This document shows, piece after piece, positions 38,111 to 50,760 of a stretch of DNA of 64,000 bases. The position numbers and the translations under genes were made by a program. The notes beneath the pieces are model-generated. The model made no database searches, was not told the origin of the DNA, and worked only from the letters and a program-made list of their open reading frames with translations. Source of the stretch: the human T2T-CHM13v2.0 reference genome, Homo sapiens; NCBI RefSeq assembly GCF_009914755.1, contig NC_060947.1; one strand, written 5' to 3'. How positions within the stretch are numbered: position 1 is the stretch's first letter; the number at the start of each line of letters is the position of its first letter.

Positions 38111-39589
38111 TTCCCCCAAAAGAAACCTAATTCATAGAAAAACTAGATGGTCACCACTGAGATGTGCTTTCAGAAGCTCCAGAAAGACTCTCTGCACAAA
38201 ATATTTCATTCTTTAGATATCACCCACTCCCATACCCACTATTTAAGTACCCAAATAAATACCCATCAATAGAGGTTCATTTCTTTGGCTTTGTAATGTA
38301 TTATGCACCTGATATGGTAAATTCAACTATTATTAATGTGCTTTAATGTACCTTCATTTATCTGATTGCTATTCTCTATGAAAACTAGCTTTAAGTAATA
38401 TAATAAAAAGCAGGGGCTTTATTAATATTAATAAAATAATCCTATGTATCTGTGTAGAGTATAATAGTACAGAATAAACTTTCCATCATCTCATTTAATT
38501 CTTGATTCTATGTGGTAGATATTTCATAAATGGACAAGCTGAGCTTTACGAAAGATTAAGAGAAGAAGGAATAATGGTGGGGGGGAAGGTAGTAAAGAAA
38601 AAAGTGAGGAAAGGTTGCCAAAAGATTTCTATTTAAACGTTTTGTCTAGAAGCAGTGAGGTTCCTCTTTGTTGGCTACTTCACTGGCACTCTCTCCATTG
38701 CACCAAACATTTGGATAAGTGGAACATCAATATGCTTGGGATTTTGTAAAAGAAACATCTAGCAAATGAATTTTTAAATGCTCTGGATATGCTGGTGTTC
38801 TGAAGATACGTCAATAAAGCAAAAATTTCACAGAAAAAGCAAAACTTTTTCTTAGAACCCAGTGGCTGAAGGGCAACATCAGTACAGATTATACCTGTGA
38901 TATCAAATGTATTATTATGAGTGCAAGTTATGTGTTCAGCAATGAAAAATTGAGGCAAGTGACAAGTTTGTGAGTAGATTCATAATACAAAATGCTTCAC
39001 TTATTCCCCCCAAATGAAATTGTTTCTTGATTCAACAAATGTTAATCAATGTAGACAAAACCATTGTTGAGCTATATTGAACACAAAGAGAATATGAAAT
39101 AAATACATTTTTAAAAGGATAGAGAGAAAGATAAAAAGAACAGGGCTCTCAGAAAATGTACTTTTTATAAAACATTCTGCTTAAAAATATTAGACAAATA
39201 GATTATGAATGTAAACAGTTTTTTTTAACTTTGGGGAAGATAAACAAGGCCAAGTTTTTATTCAGGCATGCCCAGATTAACCTTTATATATGTTTCACTA
39301 CAAATGGAATTTCAAGAACTCAGAGATTTAAAAAAATAAGTGGTTGTACTATACTATAAAATATATTAATGTTTTGTTAAAACTGTAATTGAAACAAAGC
39401 ATATAAACAAGACCCATAGATATCAACACTTAGATTAAACACACATAAAAAACAAAATTCCATAAGAATCTGTTCTAAAAGGATATCTGTTCTCGTGAAA
39501 GTTGATAGTTATGAAGAACTTAAACAAAGAAACACTAAGTTCTTTTAATTAAATGCACACATACCTAATACCAACCTTCCCGCCTTCAA

Positions 39590-39860
39590 TTTATTCCTTT
39601 AACAAATACGTATTAAGTCCTGACTACTATGAATCCATTATAATTTTAGGTGATAGGACACAAGAGCGAGAAAAATGCAGTGCCTATTTTTAAAGAACTT
39701 GCAGTTAAATAAGATAAATTGTATTACACCAGTAATTGTCACAAAATGAAAAGAGAAATAATACAGTCCAATATAGAGAGCACTAGGGAGGGGTAGATTT
39801 GTGGGAGGGCTCACAGAAGAGTGAGGCTACTAATAAGAATTGCAAAGGAAATATACTTGG
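39590..39860 (-). mobile_element. L2 3' end
   Basis: ttattcctttaacaaatacgtattaagtcc...taaagaacttgcagt. Confidence 0.6.
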
Positions 39861-40744
39861 AAATGTTTTGACCTCATTGCAGTGCTATGCCCAAAGCATG
39901 ATCATATAAGTCATTACTTCCCCGAAGAGTACGAAATTAAAAGGAGTTGCATAGAGCAAATATTTGGTGGTGGAGTTGAGGAGGAGGGTTAGAGGTTTAG
40001 ATTACAGGTAACGGTAGATGAAATACTGGACTGCCACCTGATTCTCTTCTTTCATTATCTTGCAATTATCTTATTACCTGTAGCCAAGAAATGAAAAGAA
40101 AATTGACTATCTAATGACTGTCAGGCATTTTGAGTTCTAAGAGAACCAATGGACGTTAAGTGAAAGACAGTGAGGAGAGCTATATTTCTGCTTAAATGAT
40201 TTTTTATAAAAAATCTGTCTTAGCTTTGTCACTAAGTTTGCTTTACTCAATACTGGTAAAATCTCAAAAAGCCTTTAAAAATGAGGTATATATTCAGATC
40301 AAATTTTTGGCTCCCCGCTCCCACCCAGAATAGTTTCTCCATGGGATTTTGAAGCTGACTGTTTAATCATAAGCAAGCAGGGTTGATGATAAAAAATAAA
40401 GAAGTAAAGAATCTCACAGCTAAATATAATCATTACTATATTATTTTGACCCACCTTAAGTGATGATGGAAAGAATTGTTGAGTATTAAAAATACTTGGA
40501 AAAAAAGAGGACCTCATAAGACCTTAGTATTGAACAATGAACAATGACATACAATAAGTGTGATTTTCATCAGGTTTTGGTCTAAGGTGAGAAGTGTTTC
40601 CTTCTACCTCAGCCTAATCTCACAACTCCTGGTGTGCCTAGAAACACACATGCATCCAGAGGCATTTTCCTCTATAGGATCTCCTCAATCATTTCACTTC
40701 TACCCAGAATAATATCAGAGGGATCAGAAGAGAAGGTTTATAAA

Positions 40745-40945
40745 GCCATCTCTGTGTCTTACAAACTGTGTGACCTTAGACTAATTATTTAACTTTCCTG
40801 AGCCCTAGTGCTTTTGATTCTACATAGCTAATAGACTTGAATACCTTATATATTTGTGGACAGCATTAAATGAGATAACCAATATGAATGCACTTTGAAA
40901 ACTCTAATATGCTATGCAGAACAAAGGGTACCAGATTATTATCAT
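40745..40945 (+). mobile_element. MIR fragment
   Basis: ctgtgtgaccttagactaattatttaactttcctgagccctagt...attaaatgagataac. Confidence 0.75.
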
Positions 40946-42849
40946 GAAGGATGTTGGCTGTAGTGTCTGAGAGGTTCAGCTGTGTCCAGCAGAGTCACAC
41001 GGGGTAAGCAAGACAGAAGGTGAAATACATATGGAACATATGTAAAGACACATACACAAACAAACGTATACACACACATTCATAAACACAGGTTCACCCT
41101 AAATTTATTATAATATACAGTAAATTACATTTTATCTGATGGATCATTCTTTCCTAGTAATAACTTGGAGATACATTAGCTGTTTGGGGCTGAAAAGAAA
41201 TTCAGTTTGGTATACTGTGACAATAGTAATAGAACCTGGTAACCATTAGTGCTCATTTAATATATGTTCATGACAATGCACTAAATAATACCTTTAAACT
41301 TCTCCTCAGGGCTGTAAGATACATTCTCCCTCCCTTGTCATTGATTCAACAATCACTATTCTTCTGAATCAGAGATGAGGATTAAAAGAGCTAAGGCTTC
41401 AAGACCTCTCCCCATCTCCATTTTTAAAAATGAGCACATCATACATGATACTATTATATGACTTTAAGGTGGGTGAGTTTTCAGATATTAATTCTCACAA
41501 GAATTTTAACCCAGTTCTGATGGAAGTTTAAAAGCCAAATAACATGTATTTTCACCATGTCCTTCAACACTATATCATTTTTGAAGCCAGAGAAGTAACT
41601 CTTACGTGGATACATTCCGGGTCACAGTACAAAGGTAAGCAGTTGTTTAACCCCAGAAAACTCTTACTTTAGTACCTTTCGTATGACATCATTTGGTGAT
41701 CAGGCACTGCACAGTCATATTTAGACCTGGTCCTGAGTTGAGTTTGTTCACCTTAGCAGGGACCACTCATATGGACGATGGATATCAGCCTATTCAAATA
41801 AAAATTGAGACTGACTACCCAGCATCAAAAACCAAGATCTAGAATTGGAAAGAGAGCCTACTTGACTAAAAACATCTTCTCTTGAAAATTCCACCCAATA
41901 TCATCTGGCCTATGCTGTATTTAGCCAGGTTGTAAGAAAAGCCACTTAAAGATATGAGGATAATGCCATTATGCCTAGAGCTGGGGAGGTACTGATGGAA
42001 TCACTGAGAATTATTTCAGCAGTCAAGGAACACAGCGTGTGCTTTATTGTAGTATAACAGCACATAAGGCATCAAATCCCAAAGAGTAGAAATTATCCTA
42101 TGGTGTATACACACCCTCAGAGTCCTGCTCATAAATGCATCAGAATCAAGACTTTTAAAAACAACTTCCATATGTGGATCCTAACCTATTTGTGTCACCC
42201 ATTGTGCTGTAGCCTTCAGTGTTATCCAGCTAAAGTAGCAATTATTGCTGCTTTACCTGCTATTTTCCAATCACTAGAGTAGTACAAAGGGACAGAGGTG
42301 AGGTTCCCATGGGAACCATATGCTGGTATTTCTTGGCTTTCATAAAATAAAACACCATCAGAATTGCATCATCAGCCCTTAGCTATTCATCCATACAAGT
42401 GTAGGTGGATACCAATGTGATATGAAAATAATAAAACTGACCCAACAGCAATTGGACATGAACTCTGTGGGGTTCTTTTAGTTGAAGAGAGGAGACAAAT
42501 TGAGTTATCTCTACTCTCTCATTCAGGCTATTTAGTTACCAAGGAATCTATCTCTTTTAAAAGGAGACTGGCCAGGTTAAGAGCAGAAAGTAATTGGGTC
42601 CTCCAAACATTTTATTGTCTAAATCTTGCCTTGAACAAATGCAAAGTAAAACATGCAAATGAGGGTAATTCTGTATTTATGACCTAGCACTGAAAAAAAC
42701 AGATGTCAATTCAAATGTAATTAGGAAGAAAATCGGTAAGTTTGTGGATGATTGGTTAAAAACATAATACCAAAGAGAAATTGCTTTGTGTGACCATAAT
42801 ATCTAAAACAGTTAAAAACTTGCATAGTTTATGTTAACCCACAAGCCTA

Positions 42850-43053
42850 GGCATTTGTCTCTATCACAGATCTCCTGTTTCACCGAGCAAAATTGACTGA
42901 CGGCCCTAGCTGCTGCCCCTGTGTATTCATCATCATGTTTGCAAGGTGATAACTCTTCTAATGGGCTGGTCCCAGCCACTGACTTAGCATGGCAAAAGGA
43001 CCCGTTACTGTAAGTTGTGGGACTCCTCCAGTGGGTAAGTTTAGCTCAATAAC
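42850..43053 (+). mobile_element. LTR16-family (ERVL) LTR, 5' part
   Basis: atgggctggtcccagccactgacttagcatggc...tgtgggactcctccagtgggtaagtttagctcaa. Confidence 0.65.
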
Positions 43054-43548
43054 TGTTTTGAGAGCCCCAAGCTACATTGGAGTTCCAGTACCAGAGCAGC
43101 TACCAAGACTGCTCTAACTGAAAATGAAGGGGAGGTCCACATGGGTATTTAAAGGAATACACCTTTTACCTGCCGTATGGTCTAATGCCTACTTGTTTGA
43201 CCCACGGATGGGGGCCTTTCACACAATAACTTGCTATATGGCTGACAGTCTTGTGGCTTTTGTCTTACCCCTGTCCAGTTTATGCCTGTCTGACCTTCTC
43301 TCTGGCCCTAGGAACCTGACCTTGTGTTCTCCCCAGCATCTTGGGGAAAACCCTACTTGGGGAGGTTCCTAATTCTTCAGATGGAAGGCACAAATTCAAT
43401 ACACTACCAAAATAAGAAAAAAAGCTCAAAGGTTTTTTTCTTACAGATCCTGGGCAAGGAAGGTGTAATGAGTTGTCAGGACAGTCCTTTGTCCGCGGGT
43501 CATGTGAGGCAGGAATGAAAAGTCAGGCAGAGAGGGTGTGGTAACTAA
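43054..43548 (-). mobile_element. MER54-like ERVL LTR, 3' half
   Basis: rc reads ttagttaccacaccctctctgcctgacttttcattcctgcc...cccaggatctgtaag...gccttccatctgaagaa...ctctcaaaaCA. Confidence 0.7.
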
Positions 43549-44464
43549 CCACATTTTCTTTATCCATTCATCCACTGATGAACTCTTAGGTTGATTTCTT
43601 ATCTTGTCTGTTTTGAATAATGCTGCATTAACATGGGAGTACAGCTATCTTTTTGACATACTGATTTCATTTTCTTTGGGTATATACCCAGCAGTGGGAT
43701 TGCTGGGTCATATGGTAGTTCTACTTTTAATTTTTTGAGGAACTTTCATACTGTTCTTCGTGGTGATTGCACCATTTTACATTCCCAACAAACTTGTACA
43801 AAGAGTTCCCTTTTCTCCACTTCCTTGCCAACACTTATTATCTTATGACTCTTTGATAATAGCTGTTCTAGTTGAGTGAACTTATCATGCAGAAGCCCAA
43901 ATTCAGGCTCATGTACCCAATGTGTAGCTGATGCCACTGAAACACCAGTGCTTGAAGATTAAAGAAGGTTTATTTGATTTGGCCAAAGCAAGAATGCAGG
44001 AGGGAAAGATATCTCAATCCTGCCTTAGCAAAAAGAAGCAGGGAGTTTTTATGCAGCTATAGAGTAAGGGAGGGGGATTTTCAGGGAATCCAGGGGAAAA
44101 GTCTATGTTCCTTCAGTCTCAGATAACAACCAGACTACTGGGTGTCAGCAGCTGATCACAATGTCTTTCAAAGCATTCATTCCTTCTGCAGGTTTCTGAT
44201 CCTGAAAATATCTCCTCCTGCTTGACAAAGAAACAGTACACCGGCAGTTTATTGGGAAAAAAGTGCATTGGCAGTTTATTGGGCAAAAAGTGAGTGGTTA
44301 ACATGTCCAAGCAAGCAAGGGCCTCATTAGAATTTTCATCATTTGTCACTAAAAATTCTGGGGTGCTGAAATCTCAAGGGGCCCAGTTACAATCTTTCAC
44401 TGTGGTTTTAATTTGCATTTTCCTGATTATTACTGATGTTGAGCACCTTTTTATATACCTGTTG
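43549..44464 (-). mobile_element. L1MA ORF2 3' fragment (interrupted by LTR 43888-44391)
   Basis: ccacattttctttatccattcatccactgatg...gtgggattgctgggtcatatggtagttct; resumes cactgtggttttaatttgcatttt. Confidence 0.9.
43888..44391 (-). mobile_element. ERV1-class solo LTR (~500 bp) nested in L1MA
   Basis: TG...CA termini; 4-bp TSD atca/atct; AATAAA on minus strand near 43970; internal 27-bp-period duplication at 44243-44292. Confidence 0.7.
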
Positions 44465-44509
44465 TAGACCAGCCTTATTTCTGTACTTTGCATGTACCAA
44501 GGTTCTTCT

Positions 44510-45190
44510 TGCCTCAGGGACAAGTTTTGCATCCTGGCATCTAGGATGTTTGTTGAGAACTCAGATGTCAAGAGTAATATTCGCTCCTGTGGAAGTAATA
44601 TGTCTTGTCTTTTCTCTGGCTGCTTTTACTTAATCCATTTGTTTTCATTTTTTTCAACAGGTATTACTAATATATGCCTATCTATAATTTTCTTTGTATT
44701 TATACTTCTTTCAATTAGCTTCTCGGATCTGTCAGGCTTTTATCAGCTTTAGACAATTTTCAGCCAAATATTGCTTTCTATCTGACTCTTCCTATCTTCC
44801 CTTTCTGAGCCTCCAGTTACATACATGTTGTAGATTTGCACTGGCAAATCCAGAATCGATTTTTGTCTCCCCAGTCTGTGAGCTCACCAAAATTATCTGT
44901 TGGCATCTCTGACTCTTAGCTATTGCCTTCAGCTTCTCACACTTTCTTGCCCTTTAAGAAAAATTGGCAAATGCCCTCGCAGGGAAAGCAGTGTACAGAG
45001 AGTTGGCCTCATGTCGGTGAGCTTTTATTCTCTCTGGGATCTTGACTTGTTAGTTCCTGGCTGACTGGGAAGCAACTTGTGCCCTCAAATAATTTTTGTT
45101 TAGGTATTTTATTTTGTTTTTATAGTTTTTCTTGGCATATATGTTGGTTGGTAAGATGTTACTCGTAGAATTCATAGCTGGAAACAGAAT
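44510..45190 (-). mobile_element. Old L1M/HAL1-like ORF1 and 5' fragment
   Basis: tgttgagaactcagatgtca...tttctctggctgctttta...acaattttcagccaaatatt is antisense old L1 ORF1. Confidence 0.6.
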
Positions 45191-45429
45191 TATATTATTA
45201 TTTTAAGTAGAAGTTTGAAATTAATTATTGCTAGAATAACGTATGAGTCTATGTGCATTTTGAGTAGGTAGCCACCTTCATGCCACCAGATTGAAGGATT
45301 CCCAAAGTTTTACTGCCTTTACATATTTTCTCTGTGTAATGATATCACTATTGTACTTGAAATCTCCCCTGTTGGAGAATTCCATTAGAAAAATTCACTA
45401 TGCCTCCAGTTTCCAACAATGTTATCTGG

Positions 45430-45730
45430 ATGGGCTTTGCACTTTCCACAGGGTACTTCCTTAGAGCATCTCCCTCAAGAAGATACACAGAAAAGATATT
45501 GGTGGTCTCAGGCTTATTCATATGGTGCCAGTGGCTAGGTAACTAAGAGTTATCTAAGAAGAAATTTGCAAAGTCTCTTGAAACCCAGGCTCAGAATTAT
45601 CAAAATATCACTGATCCTAAAATCTCTTGTAAGTCACAAAGCTAGGCCAGATTCAAGCAGCGCAGAAGGGGCCTCCATCTCTTGACGGAAGAAGTTGCAA
45701 AGAATCATGCTCATTTTTATCATTTTCTGG
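45430..45730 (-). mobile_element. MLT1H/I-like LTR fragment
   Basis: caggctcagaattatcaaaatatcact...aagtcacaaagctaggccagattcaag...ccatctcttgacggaagaagttgcaaaga. Confidence 0.65.
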
Positions 45731-45774
45731 CAACAGGTTAGACACAAGCTAGTTCTGTGCGGTTTTTGAGAAGT

Positions 45775-46010
45775 ACGTTAGTCTAGGCCCTTCAGAAACT
45801 TATACCAAGGCAGGTTAATATGTGCAAGGATTTAACGAAGGAAACGCCTGAAAATAAAGGTGAAGGATCCAGAGAAGTCATAAAGAAGACATTGCATGTG
45901 TTACCATATTGCAGACCTGACACCTATGAAGGAGAAAGAAAAGGAAAGAAGATTAAATAGGAAGAGCCTTACATTGAAGCAAAGTTCCTAAAAACAGTCT
46001 GAAAACTGGG
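45775..46010 (-). mobile_element. LTR16-family LTR fragment
   Basis: gcagacctgacacctatgaaggagaaagaaaaggaaagaagattaaataggaagagcc; paralogous to 47631-47864. Confidence 0.65.
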
Positions 46011-47630
46011 CGAAAAATCATGACTTCTTATTGCGGAAACCTCAGCCTCTTGGTCCCATACTCTTGTTTCTTTCAGCTTGTAAATGTTGATAAATGCCTT
46101 TGTTGTCTGTCCATTTATGTTGCTCATAAAGACACCATGTTCCAACCATTTTCATAACTCCCTGTGGGTAAAGCCCTCTTGGCTGACTCTCTGATGTTAT
46201 TGGTTCTTATCATAATTGTGGCCTCCTGGCTTCTGGCAGTTAAGTCTTACCCCTTGTCTTCTGTTACTGCAGGGCCCTGTCATCCCCATGGCTATTAATG
46301 AGCCCATGTCTGTGACTACCTCTCCTACTATCATTCCTGTTCTTTACAGGACACCCACCACTGAACTTCCTAGTGGTGCTGTTGCCCCTCTCAGGAGTGA
46401 ATTCCTGATGACCCTGGTAAACAGTTGGTTCTCTGTGCCCTCCTGTGAAGCACTATCCTTGGTTGGGTTTTCTGGCCTCCCATAATATAGTCATTCTGGC
46501 CTGCCCACTTCCCTGAGACTTTGTATTTCTTCCTCTAATGGATGCAGGGCACCTTCTACTCCCTTCACTTAGCAAGAGCCATTACCTTCTCCAGGCTTCT
46601 GAGAACCACACTAGCAGTGAATTTGCCCTGTCCTCTGGGGTTATTGCTAGAGGGTAAAATTCTATGTCCCCACAAGTTCCACTAAATCAATAAATTCTTG
46701 TTTATCCAGTCTTATATTCTGATAACCTTGATCAAACACCTTCAAAGCCTGATCCAGGTGGACTTTTCTGATTCCTGTAAGTACATGCTAGCTAATTCTT
46801 GCAATTCCTTCATTACATAATTTCTTTTATTCCTTATTAGGCCCAACATGTTCCCAGATAGGTTATCTTGGAATTTAACCCTGGTTATATATCTTTAGCC
46901 AGGAGAGTGGACTGGAGCAGCTCTTGGGATATGGGGAGTGAAAAGATAAATGCTATAATCTTGCAGGAGAGAGGCCTTTGCAGCATCTCCCAGCACAGTG
47001 GTAGTACTAGCTCTTACAGAAAAAGATGGGACAGCTCTGCAAGGTCTAAGGGCTTGGGAGTCTGCAAAGTAAATGTTCTCAAGGGAATCCATCCATATGT
47101 CCCCCACTACATTTCAAGATCCTAGGTTTTCTTACTTAGGACCCTAACTTTACCATAATAAGTTTGCCTTGGCTGAACCTTTAAATGTCTCTGAAACTCT
47201 GTGATTCTTACTATAAGATCCTGTGTCTGTTCTCAGCTGTTTGGTCTTTCACTGCAGAAGATAAGGACCTCTATTAATCTACCAAAGAGTTTATGTGGTT
47301 GTACCCCTTAGCTTTTAACTGTTTGTTAACAGCCTTCAATTTTTCATTAGCTCTTTCTAGGTCATCCATACAACTTAGCAATAAACAGTCTACTCCTTCG
47401 TTCTTGTAAGAATACTCTTCCCATACCTGTCAAATGTCTGAGCTATTGTTTCTGCAAAGGCTTTCCCGTTTTGGTTTCTGGGACACATTTCCTCAGGTCA
47501 CTACCAGTGAAATTATCATTTGGGTTGCCACTTTGTATCAGGATAGTATACTCTGTCCACTAAGTGGTGAGTAAGCCAGTCTTCAAACCCCATATTACTG
47601 CCTACTTTGTACTGGCTACCATTAGCACCA
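46010..47630 (-). mobile_element. ERVL internal (gag) remnant associated with LTR16
   Basis: Minus-strand peptides GDIWMD (~47100) and VFDQGYQNIRLDKQEFIDL (~46740-46685) resemble ERVL Gag motifs. Confidence 0.7.
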
Positions 47631-47864
47631 TTCATGTTAGGGTCCTCTGAGAAGAAACCAAGATGAGGTTAGATTTGCAATAGATTTATTGAGGGAAATG
47701 CTTTTGAAGGATCAAGGGGGAAAAGTTGGATAAGTCTGAGAGAGCCATCAGATTTTGGTGTAGATCAGACACCTGTGAAGAAGAGAGGACAGTAAAGAGG
47801 ACTGGGTAGGAAGATCGCAGTACAGTTCAAGCAAGAGAGTTTTGTCCAGGACTATAGGTATTCT
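47631..47864 (-). mobile_element. LTR16-family LTR, 3' part
   Basis: tgttagggtcctctgagaag...tagatcagacacctgtgaagaagagagg...tgggtaggaaga. Confidence 0.7.
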
Positions 47865-48132
47865 TGTAGTAAATTCTTTTATGTTGCCTCAACATCCATT
47901 TTGAAATACTAATTTAACTTTCTCATACCAGAAGCAGGACTCAGTCATCCTTGACACAGTTTCCAGTTCCACACCTCACCCAAATGGCTCAAGCCAGTGG
48001 CGAGAGATAAGAACTTAGAGACATCCCGCCTATCGAGCAGACTGGGCTCCCTACTTTCCCACCACTTCCTTTAAAAGAATCATTCAGACATTTGTCTGTA
48101 AACTTAAAGTGACCCACATGCTATTCCGTTAT
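47865..48132 (+). mobile_element. MER54-like ERVL LTR, 5' half
   Basis: TGtagtaaattcttttatgttgcctcaacatccattttgaa...tttaactttctcataccagaagcaggactcagtcatccttgacacagtttccagttc. Confidence 0.7.
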
Positions 48133-48138
48133 TCTAGC

Positions 48139-50760
48139 TACCTCATTTTATTGCACTTCACTTTATTGTGCTTCTTATAAATTGAAGGTTTGTGCTAATT
48201 ATGGGTTGAGCAAGTCTATCATCACAATTTTTCCAATAGCATGTACTCATTTCATGTCTCTGTATCACATTTTGGCAATTCTCATAAAATTTCAAACTTC
48301 TTCATTATTATACCTGCTATGATGATCTGTGATTGGAGATCTTTGATGTTACTATTGTAATTGTTTTGGAGTACCACAAACCATGCCTTTTTAAGACAGT
48401 AAACTTAATAGATAAATGTTGTGTGGTTCCTACTGCTCCACTGACCAGCTTTTCCCTCTTCTCAGGCTTCCCTATTCCCTGAGACACAATTATATTGAAA
48501 TTGGGCCAATTAACAACTTTACAATGACCTGTAATTGTTCAAGTGAAAGAAAGAGTCGAATGTCCCTCAGTTTAAATCAAAAGCTAGAAATGATTAAGCT
48601 TGGTGAAGAAGGCATGCTGAAAGCCAAGACAGGCTGAAAATTAGGCATCTTGTGCCAAAAAGCCAGATTGTGAATGCAAACTAAGTTTTTAAAGGAAATT
48701 AAAGTGCTACTCCAGTGAACACATGAATAATAACAAAGTGAAATAGTCTTAGTGGTGATATGGAGAACGTTTTAGTGGTCTCGATAGAAGATCAAAGCAG
48801 AAACAACATTCTCCTAAGCCAAAGCCTGGTTCAGAGCAAGGCTCTTTTTTTTCAGTTTTCTGAAGGCTGAGAGAGTCGAGGAAGCTGCAGAAGAATAGTT
48901 GGAAGCTAACAGAGGTTGATTCAGGAGATTTAAGGAAATAAACCATCTCCATAATGCAAAAGTGCAAGGTGAAGCAGCAAGTGATGATGTAGAAGCTGCA
49001 GCAAGTTATGCAGAAGATCTAGCTAAGATAACTAAGGAAGGTGGCTACACGAAACAGTAGATTTTCAGTGCAGATGAAACAGCCTTCTTATGGAAGATGA
49101 TGCCATCTAGGACTTTCCCAGCTAGAGAGGAGGAATCAATGCCTGACATCAAAGCTTTAAAGGACAGGCTGACTCTCTTGTTAGTGGCTAATGCAGCTGG
49201 TAATTTTTAGTTAAAGCCAATAATCATTGACTATTTCTGAAAATCCCAGGGCCCTTAAGAGTTATGCTAAATCTATTCTGCCTGTGCTCCATAAATGGAA
49301 AAACAAAGCCTGGATGACAGCAAGTCATCAGCATGGTTTACCGAATACTTTTAAGCCCACTGTTGAGACCTACTACTCAGAAAGAAACAGATTTCTTTCA
49401 AAATATTGCTGCACATTAACAATGCACCTGGACACCCAAGAGCTGTGATGAAGAAGCACAAGGATTTAATGTTGTTTTCATGCCTACTAACCCAACAACT
49501 ATTCTGCCGTCCATGAATCAAGGAGTAATTTCAACTTTCAAGTCTTATTATTCAAGAAATACATTTCATAAAGCTACTTTGCTGCCTTATAAGGCAATTT
49601 ATCTGATGAACCTGGGCAAAGTAAATTGAAAGCCCTCTGGAAAGGATTCACCATTCTAGATGCTATTAAGAACATTTGGCTGGGTGCGGTGGCTCACGCC
49701 TGTAATCCCAGCACTTTGGGAGGCCAAGGCGGGTGGATCACCTGATATCAGGAGTTCAAGACCAGCCTAGCCAACATGGCGAAACTCCATCTCTACTAAA
49801 AATACAAAAATTAGCCGGGCATGGTGGTGGGCACCTGTAATCCCAGCTACTTGGGAGGCTGAGGCAGGAGAATTGCTTGAACCTGGGAAGCGGAGGTTGC
49901 AGAGAGCCGAGGCCTGGGCAACAAGAGTGAAACTCCATCTAAAAAAAAAAAAAATTGTGCTTCTTGGGAGGAAGTCGAAATATTAACATTAGCAGAAGTT
50001 TGGAAGAATTTGATTCTGACTCTCATGGATGACTTAGAGTTTCAAACTTCAGTGGAGGAAGCACAGCAGATGTGGTGGAAATAGCAAAAGAACTACAATT
50101 ATAAGTGGAGCCTGAAGATGGAACTGAATTGCTATAATCTCATGATAAAACTTGAATGTATGAGGAGTTGCTCCTTATAGAAGAGCAAAGAAAGCGATTT
50201 ATTGAAAGATCCTGTGAACATTGCTTTAAATAACAAGAAAGGATTTATAATATGACATAAATTTACTTGATAAAGCAGCAGCAGGATTTGAGAGAATTGA
50301 CTCCAATTTTGAAAGAGCTTTACTGTGGATAAAACGCTATCAAACAGCACTGCATGCTACGTAGAAATCTTTTATGAAAGGAAGAGTCAGCTGATGTGTC
50401 AAACTTCACCGTTGCCTTATTTTAAGAAATTTCCATAGCCACCCCAACCTTCAGCAACCACCACCCTGATCATCAGCAGCCATTAACATTGAAGCAAGAT
50501 CCCCCAAAACCAGCAAAAAAATAATGCCTCACTGAAGGTTCAGATGATTGTGACCATTTTTTCACAATAAAGTATTTTCTGAAGTGTGTAGTGCATTTAC
50601 ACATACTGCTATAGGACATGTAATAGAGTACAGAAAACAGTGTAAACGTAACTTTTATATATACTGGGAAGCCAAAAATTCATGTGACTCACTTTATTGT
50701 GATACTCACTTTATTGTGATGTTCTGGAATGGAACTCACAATATCTCTAAGGTATGCTTG
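48139..50760 (+). mobile_element. Tigger1 (Tc1/mariner-pogo) DNA transposon, near full length, inactive
   Basis: Left end tacctcattttattgcacttcactttattg (first ~6 nt missing); right end atatctctaaggtatgcttg; transposase remnant from ATG 48524 (SSERKSRMSLSLNQKLEMIKL; FSADETAF near 49065). Confidence 0.95.
49678..49954 (+). mobile_element. AluSq/Sx-like inserted in Tigger1, ~19-bp deletion in right arm
   Basis: ggctgggtgcggtggctcacgcc...gagccgag|gcctgggcaacaagag; Tigger1 continues on both sides. Confidence 0.95.

Noticed and set aside
38418-38435. Perfect palindromes tttattaatattaataaa (and gtacatatatatgtac at 24215-24230)
   Set aside because: Low-complexity AT sequence; expected by chance.
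48524-50350. Tigger1 transposase as a domesticated TIGD1-like gene
   Set aside because: Stop at 48635-48637, further frameshifts and an Alu insertion; it is dead.
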